A stretch of 32,000 bases of DNA from Candidatus Saccharimonadota bacterium (GCA_963677105.1 OY781871.1:270001-302000); one strand, 5' to 3'; shown: positions 1-9,049, numbered from the stretch's first letter. The notes: generated by a model not told the origin, from the sequence alone. Translations and numbers: made by a program.

Positions 1-2075
1 TTTTCTCCATATCTATCTAGAACAAGCATTTGAACAAAGTCTCCTCTCGAAACAGCTCTTTCTAAATGGAGTTTCCCATTCAATTCTGGCTGGAGAATAT
101 TTTTTTCAACCAAATCCAAGACAAATGGCATTGCCCAGTGATTCGGATCAAAATCACGAACAAATGCTCTGTCACTTGGTAAAGCATTTTCTCTTCCTCC
201 AGAAATAATTGAAAAACAACGAAATAAAGTACAAAACTCAACTTCTGTCGCAACACCAAATGGTTCTGCAAATACTTCAGGGAAAAGAACAAATAATTGT
301 CGTTGTGCTGCAGAAAAAGGTGCAATTTTTATCCATCGATCTGGTGTCACTCGATCGTGGAAATCAAATGATCTCCAAATATTTTTCATATCTTTCCACA
401 AAGGAACTCCGTTTACAAGCTTAATCCCAGTGTCTTGCAACTCCGTATTTATTTTCCACAATTTATCAACAACAAGCCAAATATCTGTAGACGTAATCAG
501 TACTTTTTCTAACTCAGTACGCGTTGTGTTTTCAGTGAAAAACAAAGTTTTAATTCCAAATCTTCGTGAAATAGAAAGAATCGCATCCAAAGATTCTGTA
601 GAAAATATATGTTGCTTCTTTTCTCCCGTTTCTAATATTGTTGCTATACGCGAAGCAGCCCATTGTCGCGGAAGCCAATCAAACCAAGTCCGATCCTCAT
701 TTGATTGCAAAACAGAATCAATTCTTCCAACGAATACTGGTGAAAGCGAAGTAGATTGAGGAATCAATTCTGTCGGGAGAATTTCTTTTTCATTCTCTTG
801 CAAAAGAACATCTGATGCATACAAAGGATGACGACGATTTTCTACTGAAGAAAGTAATTCTTCTGCTTCTCTTGTTCCTAAAACACTTCTAAATGCTCGT
901 TGTACAACTCCTTTCGTCGCTACAGCAATCTTTTTCCATACAGAAGATTGTTCCGGTGAAAAAAACTGTAATACCGCAATCGGAGCTCCTCCAGAAACTG
1001 CTGAAATATCTTTCGCATCAGAAAAAATCATAAGAATATGATCTGTCACTGGTTGACTCACTCGAGAAAGAATCTCTGATATATCACATTTTCCTAATGG
1101 ATTTCTCCACGCAGTAGATTCAATGATTTTTTTTCTCAACGCAAGAGTATTTGGTTCAAAACTCTCATCATCTCCCACGAGCCATTCAATTCCTTCTGTT
1201 CCAATAAATGCTACTCGAAAAGATCTTTCCTCTTGGTGTTCTAATAAAAAACGAAGCAATTCCTGTACATGTGCCCATACATCTGACATTGATCCTGATG
1301 TGTCTAATAAAAGCGTAACATTATGAAACTCTTGCACTGGTGGCAACGAACGAAAATGCGCTACATATTCATGATCCCCTGTAAAAAATCGCGCTTCTGG
1401 ATCATTTTCTTTTGACCAAATAATTCGTAAATTTTTTGTTGGAAGAAATGAGGCAATTTGACGCAACGCAACAATTCCTGTTTCTGAACGATCCATTATT
1501 GCCTCCGATAAAAATGGCGACCAAAAATGTTGAATTGGGTCCATTTGTGCCACAGAAAATTCTATATGAAATAATTCATCTTCTATTCCGTCATTTAAAA
1601 AGATTTCTATCCCATCAAATCCTCCTTGATGAGAAACCGGAATATTGTATTCCAGAACCACTTCTACTGATTCATTCGGGAGAATAGAAAATTCTGTTGT
1701 TCGAAATACGCGCGTCCATGGATTTTCTGCCAGTCTAAAAAAACGAATATCTTTTTTTTCTTCTGCTGCGTCCGCTAGAGCGTCTAATCGAGCTCTATCT
1801 TGAAATTCTACAAGTGAAATTCCATTCGCATTTATAAAACATTTAATGTCTTTTGTTCCTAAGGAAGCTGGCCACCAAGAATGAGTTTTTAAGAGCTTTA
1901 ATGTTGGATTGAAAAAAACAGATCGTATTCGCACATGAGCGTCTTTTTCTATAACTGAAATTTCCACAGTCCTTTCCTTACGAATAAGCCCAGAATCCGG
2001 AACCCATGCAGAACATTCCTTCACACATATTAATGCAAGAAACATCAATAGAACATGTGTTACTCGAAATTTCAT
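1..2075 (-). CDS. Secreted von Willebrand factor A (vWA) domain protein with a VIT-like N-terminal region and an SLH-like C-terminal segment; 3-prime end runs off the window (partial, at least 691 codons)
   Basis: Absent from the supplied ORF track because it has no stop codon inside the window. My reverse-strand translation from the ATG at 2075-2073 stays open for 691 codons down to position 3. It begins MKFRVTHVLLMFLALICVKECSAW (signal peptide), followed by a beta-rich region where a VIT domain would sit. HNVTLLLDTSGSMSDVW carries the vWA DxSxS MIDAS motif (codons at 1304-1290). Near the edge, FDPNHWAMPFVLDLVEKNILQPELNGKLHLERAVSRGDFVQMLV is SLH-like. The + strand ORFs listed between 209 and 2194 are antisense shadows of this gene. 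Confidence 0.8.
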   Translation of the reverse strand, partial: MKFRVTHVLLMFLALICVKECSAWVPDSGLIRKERTVEISVIEKDAHVRIRSVFFNPTLKLLKTHSWWPASLGTKDIKCFINANGISLVEFQDRARLDALADAAEEKKDIRFFRLAENPWTRVFRTTEFSILPNESVEVVLEYNIPVSHQGGFDGIEIFLNDGIEDELFHIEFSVAQMDPIQHFWSPFLSEAIMDRSETGIVALRQIASFLPTKNLRIIWSKENDPEARFFTGDHEYVAHFRSLPPVQEFHNVTLLLDTSGSMSDVWAHVQELLRFLLEHQEERSFRVAFIGTEGIEWLVGDDESFEPNTLALRKKIIESTAWRNPLGKCDISEILSRVSQPVTDHILMIFSDAKDISAVSGGAPIAVLQFFSPEQSSVWKKIAVATKGVVQRAFRSVLGTREAEELLSSVENRRHPLYASDVLLQENEKEILPTELIPQSTSLSPVFVGRIDSVLQSNEDRTWFDWLPRQWAASRIATILETGEKKQHIFSTESLDAILSISRRFGIKTLFFTENTTRTELEKVLITSTDIWLVVDKLWKINTELQDTGIKLVNGVPLWKDMKNIWRSFDFHDRVTPDRWIKIAPFSAAQRQLFVLFPEVFAEPFGVATEVEFCTLFRCFSIISGGRENALPSDRAFVRDFDPNHWAMPFVLDLVEKNILQPELNGKLHLERAVSRGDFVQMLVLDRYGE

Positions 2076-2085
2076 ACTCAATAAA

Positions 2086-4314
2086 TTACTTTTTTTCTGT
2101 TACTGATACATCTTTGATTGCAGTAGACACGATTCCTCGAGAATCTGTAATTTTTAATTTCACAGGGAAAACACCTCCGTATGTGAATGTGTGAACTGGA
2201 TATGGCTCAACCGAAACAGAACCATCTCCAAATGTCCAAAAATATGATTGAATATTCCCTGTTGAAAGAGTTGGACTAAACCGCACTTTTAATGGTGCTT
2301 CTCCAGCCATTGGAGAAGTTTCAAATGCCGCTTGTAATACCTGTCCTCTTACAGAAATAAATATCTCTTTTTCTGCCCTTTTCCCTGAAGAAGTAAGCAC
2401 TTCTAATTTTACAGGAAACACTCCCACTTGCCGAAATTCGCGAGCAATTTTCCCGTTGTAATGAATTGGTGTTTCTCCTTGAAATGTCCAAATGTAATCA
2501 ATTATTTCTCCTTCTGTTGTTTGAGAACCAGCTCCGTCAAATTCAACGGTTAATGGTACTGTTCCAGAACTTGGATTTGCTGAAATATTTGCAATTACTC
2601 CCACCTTTTCAACCACAATTTTTTGTGTTTTCGTAAATTCATTATCATCTGCGTCAACAATTGTAAGCGTCGTTTCATATTCTCCCGGTGTACGAAAAAT
2701 ATATGAATCTGTTTGTTTTCGACTATCGACAATGTCATCTGTTTCAAAATCCCATTTCCATTCAACGGCATTTGGGATTTCTGATTTTGACGCATCAAAT
2801 GTTACTTCAAATGGAATTTTTCCACGAACAATATCATCTGCTCCTTTTGCTGGAACAGTTGTAATATTCATTTCTCTATAAGTTAATACTTTTACGAGTT
2901 GTTTTGTCGTGTCACGATCCCCAGAATCATTTTCAATAAGAAGTTCTACTTCATATTCTCCTTCTGTATCAAATTTTCTATACATTTTTCTTCCTAAAAA
3001 AGGCTTTGGTTCTCCATCTATTCTCCACTCAAATTTCACAATTTTCCCTGACTGAGAATAGGATTGTCCACCATCAAACGTAATTTCTAATGGAGCCATT
3101 CCTTCAAATGCTGAATCCGGTGAAACAATTTCTGCACGAACTTTTTGTTCTCCTTCAATAACGGTAATCGTCTTTTCGTCAATAGAAAAATCATGATTTT
3201 GTCCGGTAACACGCAATCGCACTTGATATTCCCCTATTTTATAAAATATTTTTTCAACTTCTTTTTCATCAACACCACGAATTTCAAATTCCCCATCTCC
3301 ATCCAAATCCCATTCATATTGAATAATTTCTCCATCTAAATCTGTTGATTTTTCTGCCGTAAACTTCACAGTCAATGGCACAGCTCCTGTCTCTGGTGTT
3401 GCAGTCATTACTGCTGCTGCCGCTACATTTGAAATCACAACATCATGCGTTTCTGTATAGGTTCGTTCTTCGTTCACATTTGGAGAAAAATAAACTACAT
3501 CTACTTTCATAGTATACCGTCCATCATTTGATCCTCGATCTAGAAATCTATGAGTAACTTCTGCTTCAGAAGCATCTGTTTCACCATCTCCATCGAAATC
3601 CCAACGAATTTCTCTTACTAAATCCTTTGGAATTTTTTCAAAAAGTTTCGTCCCAATATCAAAAGTAACTGAAACTGGTGCTGTTAACCCATAAAGACTT
3701 GCCGGTTGAGTTTGGATTAGTTTTTCAGACTTCGTCGTTGTCATTGGTGGCGCAGCATCTGCTCGAGAAACAAGCCATATAACTCCCATCCAAATTGCGA
3801 TCATCAATACTAACAGAAACACAAAAACTCCCATCTTTTTAAGATGATGTTTTTTGTATATCGACGATGATGACGTCATTATCCATTGAAAAAACTTCAC
3901 AAGCGTCGCGATCAAAAAGATAAACGACACTCCTCCAAAAAGAAAATGTGTAATAAGTGTAAATTTTTCTTTTAGCTGCACAGGATTCATTCCTGCCATT
4001 TCAAGAAACTGTGCAAACTGTGGATCATTGAAGTTCCCTTCAACAATAGTCCATAAGATAAAAACATATGCTACCGCAACAAGTCCCAAAACGATTGCTA
4101 TTAAGCCTACAAAAACTTGCGTAGCGGGTTTTTTCTGTTTTTTCTCTACCGGTGCTTCCTCTTCTTGTGTCGGAACTGATGCAACTTGTTCGTCCGTTAC
4201 ATTTTCCTCAGGAACTACTGGCTCTGCTGAAGGTGGCACAACTGGTGCAGGAGGAATTACTGGAGTTGTATTTTCCTCATTTTCAGGTGTCGGTACCGTT
4301 GGAATGTCTGTCAT
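2086..4314 (-). CDS. Membrane-anchored surface protein: Pro/Glu-rich N-terminus, three TM helices, six tandem PKD-like domains
   Basis: 742-aa ORF with TAA stop at 2086-2088. TM helices are GLIAIVLGLVAVAYVFILWTIV, FTLITHFLFGGVSFIFLIATLV and MGVFVFLLVLMIAIWMGVIWLV; the basic loop KKHHLKK places the C-terminal 540 aa outside the cell. PKD signatures: IRWDFDGDGETD, YEWDLDGDGEFE, FEWRIDGEP, WKWDFETDD, YIWTFQGETP, YFWTFGDGS. Confidence 0.85.
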   Translation of the reverse strand: MTDIPTVPTPENEENTTPVIPPAPVVPPSAEPVVPEENVTDEQVASVPTQEEEAPVEKKQKKPATQVFVGLIAIVLGLVAVAYVFILWTIVEGNFNDPQFAQFLEMAGMNPVQLKEKFTLITHFLFGGVSFIFLIATLVKFFQWIMTSSSSIYKKHHLKKMGVFVFLLVLMIAIWMGVIWLVSRADAAPPMTTTKSEKLIQTQPASLYGLTAPVSVTFDIGTKLFEKIPKDLVREIRWDFDGDGETDASEAEVTHRFLDRGSNDGRYTMKVDVVYFSPNVNEERTYTETHDVVISNVAAAAVMTATPETGAVPLTVKFTAEKSTDLDGEIIQYEWDLDGDGEFEIRGVDEKEVEKIFYKIGEYQVRLRVTGQNHDFSIDEKTITVIEGEQKVRAEIVSPDSAFEGMAPLEITFDGGQSYSQSGKIVKFEWRIDGEPKPFLGRKMYRKFDTEGEYEVELLIENDSGDRDTTKQLVKVLTYREMNITTVPAKGADDIVRGKIPFEVTFDASKSEIPNAVEWKWDFETDDIVDSRKQTDSYIFRTPGEYETTLTIVDADDNEFTKTQKIVVEKVGVIANISANPSSGTVPLTVEFDGAGSQTTEGEIIDYIWTFQGETPIHYNGKIAREFRQVGVFPVKLEVLTSSGKRAEKEIFISVRGQVLQAAFETSPMAGEAPLKVRFSPTLSTGNIQSYFWTFGDGSVSVEPYPVHTFTYGGVFPVKLKITDSRGIVSTAIKDVSVTEKK

Positions 4315-4316
4315 AA

Positions 4317-6893
4317 TTATGGTGCTGTTACGGTTATTGTTTCTGTGTCATGAGCATTTTCTTTTCCGTCAAAGACGGTAACTCGCACAATGTGTGATCC
4401 TATTTCATCAAAACGATGTGCAACATTATTCCCTCCAGATTGAGTTTCTCCACCTGGAAATGTCCATGTGTAAATCAAATCATCTCCATCTGGATCGTGT
4501 GCTTGAGTAAAGAATCGGAAAAGCGTACTTGTCGTTCCAGTATTTGATGGTGTAACAAATAAACTCACTGTTGGTGGAGCATTTCCAGACTCTGGAATAG
4601 TAATTGATTCTTCTTCAACAATCGATCGAACTCCTCCATCTGAATCCGTTAATTCTAATTGGAATATAACACTATGTGTTCCGACATCTAAATGCGATGC
4701 CAAATCCATAATCATTGTAACATTTCCATCTGCATCATCTGGAACCATGTCCCCTGAAAGCACTTGTACTTCCAGAATTTTTCCATACTGAGAAGCGACC
4801 AATCGATATTGATCAATTTCACCGTCTGGATCAACACTTGTAATACTTACATGAACTCCAGTTTCATCTGAAGAAACTCCTGTAATCTGTCCTCCTGGAA
4901 GAATATTTTCTACTTTAATCTGAAACGACATTGTTGATTTCTTGCTTGGATCTGCCTTCGAAGTAGCAGTTAATGAAATGTTATGTGTTCCTAATTGTGT
5001 AAAGATTTGCCCTAAATATTCCTCTTCAGTAATCGCTCCATTCCACTTCCATGTATGCGTCACATTCGCATTTTCTCCACAATTACCAAACTCATCACAA
5101 GAAGCTGTACTTAACGTCGGCGACTCAATTCCTCCATATATACGATCTACGGTTTTCGTACTATTCGGAATAATAGATTCTTCATCTAGCGCTGCAATCG
5201 CCGTTGGTGTTGCTAATGAAGCAACTACAACATTCTTCACTACATCTCCTCCTATTTGTGTTCCTTCTTCTCCTGCTGTATAAGCTTTTAATTTCACTCC
5301 CCACACACCAGCAACATCAAACGCATACAAATTAACATCTCCTGCAAACTCATCCGCACTTGTGAAATCCCAATTATTTATAGTTTCGTCAAATTCATTG
5401 GTAATAAACCATTCGTATCTTCCATCTGTCGGTGCTCCAGATGCTTTTAATTGAACTTGTTCGTTTTCTATAATTCTATTTGGAACGGTGAAATTAATCA
5501 GTCCCGCCTCAATGTTCTCATCCTGAATTTGAATCATTTCTTCTGTTGCAGGAGTAGTAATAATTGCTTCTGCTCCTACTTTCACCTTTACTACAAGGGA
5601 AATTGTAACCGCTCCTGGTTCATCAAATGTAGCAAAAAATGTTTTCTTTTGTTTATCTGCAACACCTTCGACCATTTTTTTCTCATTGAAATCAGTACAA
5701 ATGCTTTCAGGAACTCCAGCCGGAACACAATTCCATTCATAACCATCAATCGCTCCTGCTTCAATCATTGATCGAGAAGCATCAAATTCAATACTATTTC
5801 CAACTCTTGGATTTCCTGCTGGATTCATTTTTATTTTTGCTATCCCAATATCTCCCACCAATATTCGTGTTTGCCCAATAAAAGTGTTCCATGGATCTTC
5901 ATCCTGTGGATCCGGGTTTTCTTTTTTAATTCGTCCCATTACTTCTACTTCATACCATTTTTGCTCACTAAAAGATCTTGTAATTTGCCCATGTTGATTT
6001 TGTTCTGTTTCACTCGCTGTGTCATTAAAATAAGAACCTTCATAAATCCCACCGTCACCGAAATTCCATTGCACATCTTCTAACAAATCTCCTTCTGCAG
6101 ATCCACTAATGCTTTCCCCGCTAAGATAAAAATTAATATTATAATATTCTCCTAACATATAACCTCCAGAAGCTCCTAATTTATAGAGTTGCTCTTTACA
6201 AGCGGCTAGTTCTGGCGATCCCGTTTCGTCTGTACATTCTGCAATAATTTCAATATCTGTTACTACATCATCAACCGAAACATAATTCTGAACACCTTCA
6301 AAATTATCTCCCCCTTCAAGTGTTTTTGTAATCAATGTATTTACGATTGCATACGAACTCAATATCACAATTATTCCTATTGCTGCATATAAAATCATTT
6401 TTTTCGATTTCTCGTTATTTTCTTCTCCGCCTACGACATATAAATATCCGGCAAAAATAATTACGGCAACAGCCAGTATTCCCAGAAAACTCAACACCCA
6501 ATCAAGAACGTTGAGAATAAACTTCCGCAAATCTGTATTCGATCCGATCTGTCCGAATTTTTCCGCTTTCGGAAGTTTGAATTCTCCCGTCGGAAGCGGA
6601 CCAGCTCCTGATAGTCCATATCCATATAACTCTTTCCATTGTTGAAAACTTAAATCCTCCTCTGAATACGGACGCATATAATATTGCATTCGCAGATTAA
6701 AATCTTCGACATCACGAAACGCCTTTCCAACTGTTGCAAATCCTTTTTCCACAAGCGTTTTCCCCCATTTATCTCTATTACATCGTTTTTTTTCTGCTCC
6801 AGAATAATTATCACAATCTCCCCAAGCATGAACTACTGTCTCTCCAGTAAATCCAAACATAATAAGTATTACGATGACAAATAGTTTTTTCAT
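4317..6893 (-). CDS. Surface protein: signal peptide, TrbC/VirB2-like pilin hairpin, long PKD-rich ectodomain
   Basis: 858-aa ORF. Signal peptide MKKLFVIVILIMFGFTGETVVHAW. Two-TM hairpin at aa 120-189: DLRKFILNVLDWVLSFLGILAVAVIIFAGYLYVVGGEENNEKSKKMILYAAIGIIVILSSYAIVNTLIT. PKD-like modules include VQWNFGDGG, YEWNC, HTWKWNG and DPDGDDLIYTWTFPGGETQ...HRFDEIGSHIVRVTVFDG. The start ATG overlaps the upstream TGA (ATGA at 6890-6893). Confidence 0.85.
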   Translation of the reverse strand: MKKLFVIVILIMFGFTGETVVHAWGDCDNYSGAEKKRCNRDKWGKTLVEKGFATVGKAFRDVEDFNLRMQYYMRPYSEEDLSFQQWKELYGYGLSGAGPLPTGEFKLPKAEKFGQIGSNTDLRKFILNVLDWVLSFLGILAVAVIIFAGYLYVVGGEENNEKSKKMILYAAIGIIVILSSYAIVNTLITKTLEGGDNFEGVQNYVSVDDVVTDIEIIAECTDETGSPELAACKEQLYKLGASGGYMLGEYYNINFYLSGESISGSAEGDLLEDVQWNFGDGGIYEGSYFNDTASETEQNQHGQITRSFSEQKWYEVEVMGRIKKENPDPQDEDPWNTFIGQTRILVGDIGIAKIKMNPAGNPRVGNSIEFDASRSMIEAGAIDGYEWNCVPAGVPESICTDFNEKKMVEGVADKQKKTFFATFDEPGAVTISLVVKVKVGAEAIITTPATEEMIQIQDENIEAGLINFTVPNRIIENEQVQLKASGAPTDGRYEWFITNEFDETINNWDFTSADEFAGDVNLYAFDVAGVWGVKLKAYTAGEEGTQIGGDVVKNVVVASLATPTAIAALDEESIIPNSTKTVDRIYGGIESPTLSTASCDEFGNCGENANVTHTWKWNGAITEEEYLGQIFTQLGTHNISLTATSKADPSKKSTMSFQIKVENILPGGQITGVSSDETGVHVSITSVDPDGEIDQYRLVASQYGKILEVQVLSGDMVPDDADGNVTMIMDLASHLDVGTHSVIFQLELTDSDGGVRSIVEEESITIPESGNAPPTVSLFVTPSNTGTTSTLFRFFTQAHDPDGDDLIYTWTFPGGETQSGGNNVAHRFDEIGSHIVRVTVFDGKENAHDTETITVTAP

Positions 6894-8083
6894 ATATGAA
6901 AAGAGTTAATAATTTCTACTCTTGTAGAAAAGTCTGCTGTCATAAGAGTATTTACGATTGCATATGATCCTGCAATCACCAAGATACCTACAACAACCCA
7001 AATAAGAATTTTTTTTGCTTGCTCTTGTCTCGAACCATCTCCCATATCAGTAATATATAATATTCCTGCCCACACAACTGCGACTACAGCAATAATAGCA
7101 ACCAATTCAAGTGAAAATTTAACCCATCCCAGAATTAATGTTTTCAAGTCTACTTGATGAGAAATTGATTTCGTCAAATGATCATGTGCAATTAATGCTC
7201 CACTTCGTAATCCTCCGCCATTAAATGTCGCTCCTGGATATAACGAATCCATATTATTTCCACATTGCTCCAGCGCAACTCTTCTTCGTTCTCGTGCAGC
7301 CTCGTCTTGTAAGCTACTATTATACACTGTTTCTGCGTCTTCTATACATTTCCGACTTATAGCATTCAATCTATATCTTATCGCTCTTGCACATTTCTTT
7401 TTCCCTGCGCTAGTCATGTCTGCGGCATTTGTATCACAAAACGATTGTATATCTTCTGCCGTTCGCGGTTGATCACAGCTACTAGGAATTTCTTTTATCC
7501 AAAATGGATTATTTGGAGCCGAGCAAGCTCTATCTCCCGTGACTAAAACTGAAACTTGCTTTCCATCTGCCTTACTCTTACAATCACAAAACCCAATCAT
7601 TTCTGAAACGGCAGCATCCTCTAATCCTGGTCCCTTTAATTGACATTGGTCATTTCTCCATGCGCAATCTGAAGACCAAAAACATGTAAATCTATTTCTA
7701 GATTCACAATATCCAGTCTCGGGATAACAAGATTTTTTATCATCATTCCAATTACATCCCCTTTCAGTACAATATGCGTTCCTCTTAGCTAACCCTGGAT
7801 CATTCACTTCGTTATATAAAGTATTCACTTCCCAACAATCAGCAGCATTTGCATAACATCTTCCTGGAACAGGAACTCCATCCATATTTGTATATGGAGG
7901 ACTCCATTTACAATGAGAATAATTACCTATTTCACATATCGTAGAACCCGTATTCGGAGTTGCTTCACTACATTTTTTCAATGCTTCATCTGCCCTCACT
8001 CCACCAAGTGGCACAAAAAATATTCCCAGAAACATCCCCAGTACTAATCCGCGGAGAATTGATTGTGTTTTTGTTTTTTTCAT
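6890..8083 (-). CDS. Cys-rich secreted protein with C-terminal TrbC/VirB2-like pilin hairpin
   Basis: The track ORF runs 6890..8101 from a GTG. The ATG at 8083 gives a better signal peptide (MKKTKTQSILRGLVLGMFLGIFFVPLGGVRA). About 20 cysteines lie in a roughly 270-aa ectodomain. The C-terminal hairpin DLKTLILGWVKFSLELVAIIAVVAVVWAGILYITDMGDGSRQEQAKKILIWVVVGILVIAGSYAIVNTLMT is paralogous to aa 120-189 of the next gene. Confidence 0.8.
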   Translation of the reverse strand: MKKTKTQSILRGLVLGMFLGIFFVPLGGVRADEALKKCSEATPNTGSTICEIGNYSHCKWSPPYTNMDGVPVPGRCYANAADCWEVNTLYNEVNDPGLAKRNAYCTERGCNWNDDKKSCYPETGYCESRNRFTCFWSSDCAWRNDQCQLKGPGLEDAAVSEMIGFCDCKSKADGKQVSVLVTGDRACSAPNNPFWIKEIPSSCDQPRTAEDIQSFCDTNAADMTSAGKKKCARAIRYRLNAISRKCIEDAETVYNSSLQDEAARERRRVALEQCGNNMDSLYPGATFNGGGLRSGALIAHDHLTKSISHQVDLKTLILGWVKFSLELVAIIAVVAVVWAGILYITDMGDGSRQEQAKKILIWVVVGILVIAGSYAIVNTLMTADFSTRVEIINSFHI

Positions 8084-8236
8084 ACTAATGCATCTTGGCA
8101 CAGTGTAAGGTCTGAGCGCAAGTCTTGATTCATTTTTTTATTCAAAATCACTTGACTTACACGAATGAAAATGTAAAAGAAATATAACAAAGAAACAAAA
8201 ACAAAAAAGATTTCCCCTATTTGTGATTTTTGTTTC

Positions 8237-8995
8237 ATGATTCTCTCTCTCTTCGCTGCCCTCCTTTGCTTCTCAATAACGCCTGTTTACGCAGTTCCAC
8301 GGATTTCTCCCCCCGTACAAAAAACTCTTCCTTGGACCGGACATTTTTCAGCAAAGAATTTTAAAAAAACACGAACCGATAGACTGCGACTTTCGTTTGT
8401 AAAAAATCAAGTTCGAAAAACAATTTTGGCACTTCCAAAATGGCACACAAATGCACTCGATACACTTGAAATTCGCAATGAAGCAAATGTATCACGCGGA
8501 CTTTCTACTTCAAAAAAAATAATTCTTCATACAAATTCTATTGATACTACCGATGAATTGCAAAGCGTTTTTATTCATGAACTCGGTCATATTGTTGATC
8601 TTGGCGCGTTGAACGGAAAACAAGGAATACAAACAAATTTTCGAGATGGGAAACATCCTATTTTATCCGACGATCCAAGTGTGGAATTTTATAATATTTC
8701 GTGGACTTCTTTTAATTCGTTAAAAACAAGTGCTCAACAATCTGATTTTGTCTCTGGGTACGCAAAAACGGATTGTTTTGAAGATTTTGCTGAAAGTTAT
8801 CTTTTTTATCGATTACACGGTGAAAAATTTCGCGCACTCGCAAAAAATTCTTCCATTTTACAAAAAAAATACGAATTCATGAAAACAGTTGTATTCGATG
8901 ATATGGAATTTGAATTAGAAAAAGAAGATACCACAGTCGCATATTTATTTGATGCAACATTACTTCCTATAGAGACTTTACAAGCAATACGCTAA
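8237..8995 (+). CDS. Secreted zinc metallopeptidase, anthrax lethal factor / Pro-Pro endopeptidase-like (M34/ATLF-type motif set)
   Basis: 252 aa. Signal peptide MILSLFAALLCFSITPVYA. HExxH motif within FIHELGHIVD (H114/E115/H118). Downstream GYAKTDCFEDFAESY gives Y175-x6-E182-x-FAE, the Tyr-x6-Glu-x-FAE pattern I recall from anthrax LF and PPEP-1. Confidence 0.6.
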   Translation: MILSLFAALLCFSITPVYAVPRISPPVQKTLPWTGHFSAKNFKKTRTDRLRLSFVKNQVRKTILALPKWHTNALDTLEIRNEANVSRGLSTSKKIILHTNSIDTTDELQSVFIHELGHIVDLGALNGKQGIQTNFRDGKHPILSDDPSVEFYNISWTSFNSLKTSAQQSDFVSGYAKTDCFEDFAESYLFYRLHGEKFRALAKNSSILQKKYEFMKTVVFDDMEFELEKEDTTVAYLFDATLLPIETLQAIR

Positions 8996-9005
8996 TAAAA
9001 TCCTT

Positions 9006-9033
9006 TGTCATTCTCGCGAACGCTAGAATCTAG
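9006..9033. repeat. REP-like hairpin repeat, copy 1 (TGTCATTC ... GAATCTAG family)
   Basis: TGTCATTC-TCGCGAACGCTA-GAATCTAG. It shares the 8-nt flanks of 14607-14633 (TGTCATTC-CAGCTTGTCTG-GAATCTAG). The core differs but is still self-complementary. Confidence 0.6.
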
Positions 9034-9049
9034 TTGATAAATATTTAAT

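Noticed and set aside
209-2194. Plus-strand ORFs in the track (209..424, 430..759, 1123..1326, 1436..1687, 2006..2194) and the minus ORF 80..325
   Set aside because: All overlap the 691-codon minus-strand vWA gene, in antisense or off-frame. They have low-complexity or Cys/Ser/Phe-rich products with no motifs, and several start at non-ATG codons.
4028-6884. Plus-strand ORFs inside the PKD genes (4028..4381, 4942..5283, 5451..5771, 5871..6083, 6684..6884)
   Set aside because: They are antisense shadows of strongly supported genes, and their products are compositionally odd.
6327-7153. Pilin-like hairpins as evidence for a conjugative type IV secretion system or an integrated conjugative element
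   Set aside because: No VirB4, VirD4, VirB6, relaxase, integrase or other mobile-element genes occur in the 32 kb. The hairpins are fused to huge ectodomains, unlike true conjugative pilins.
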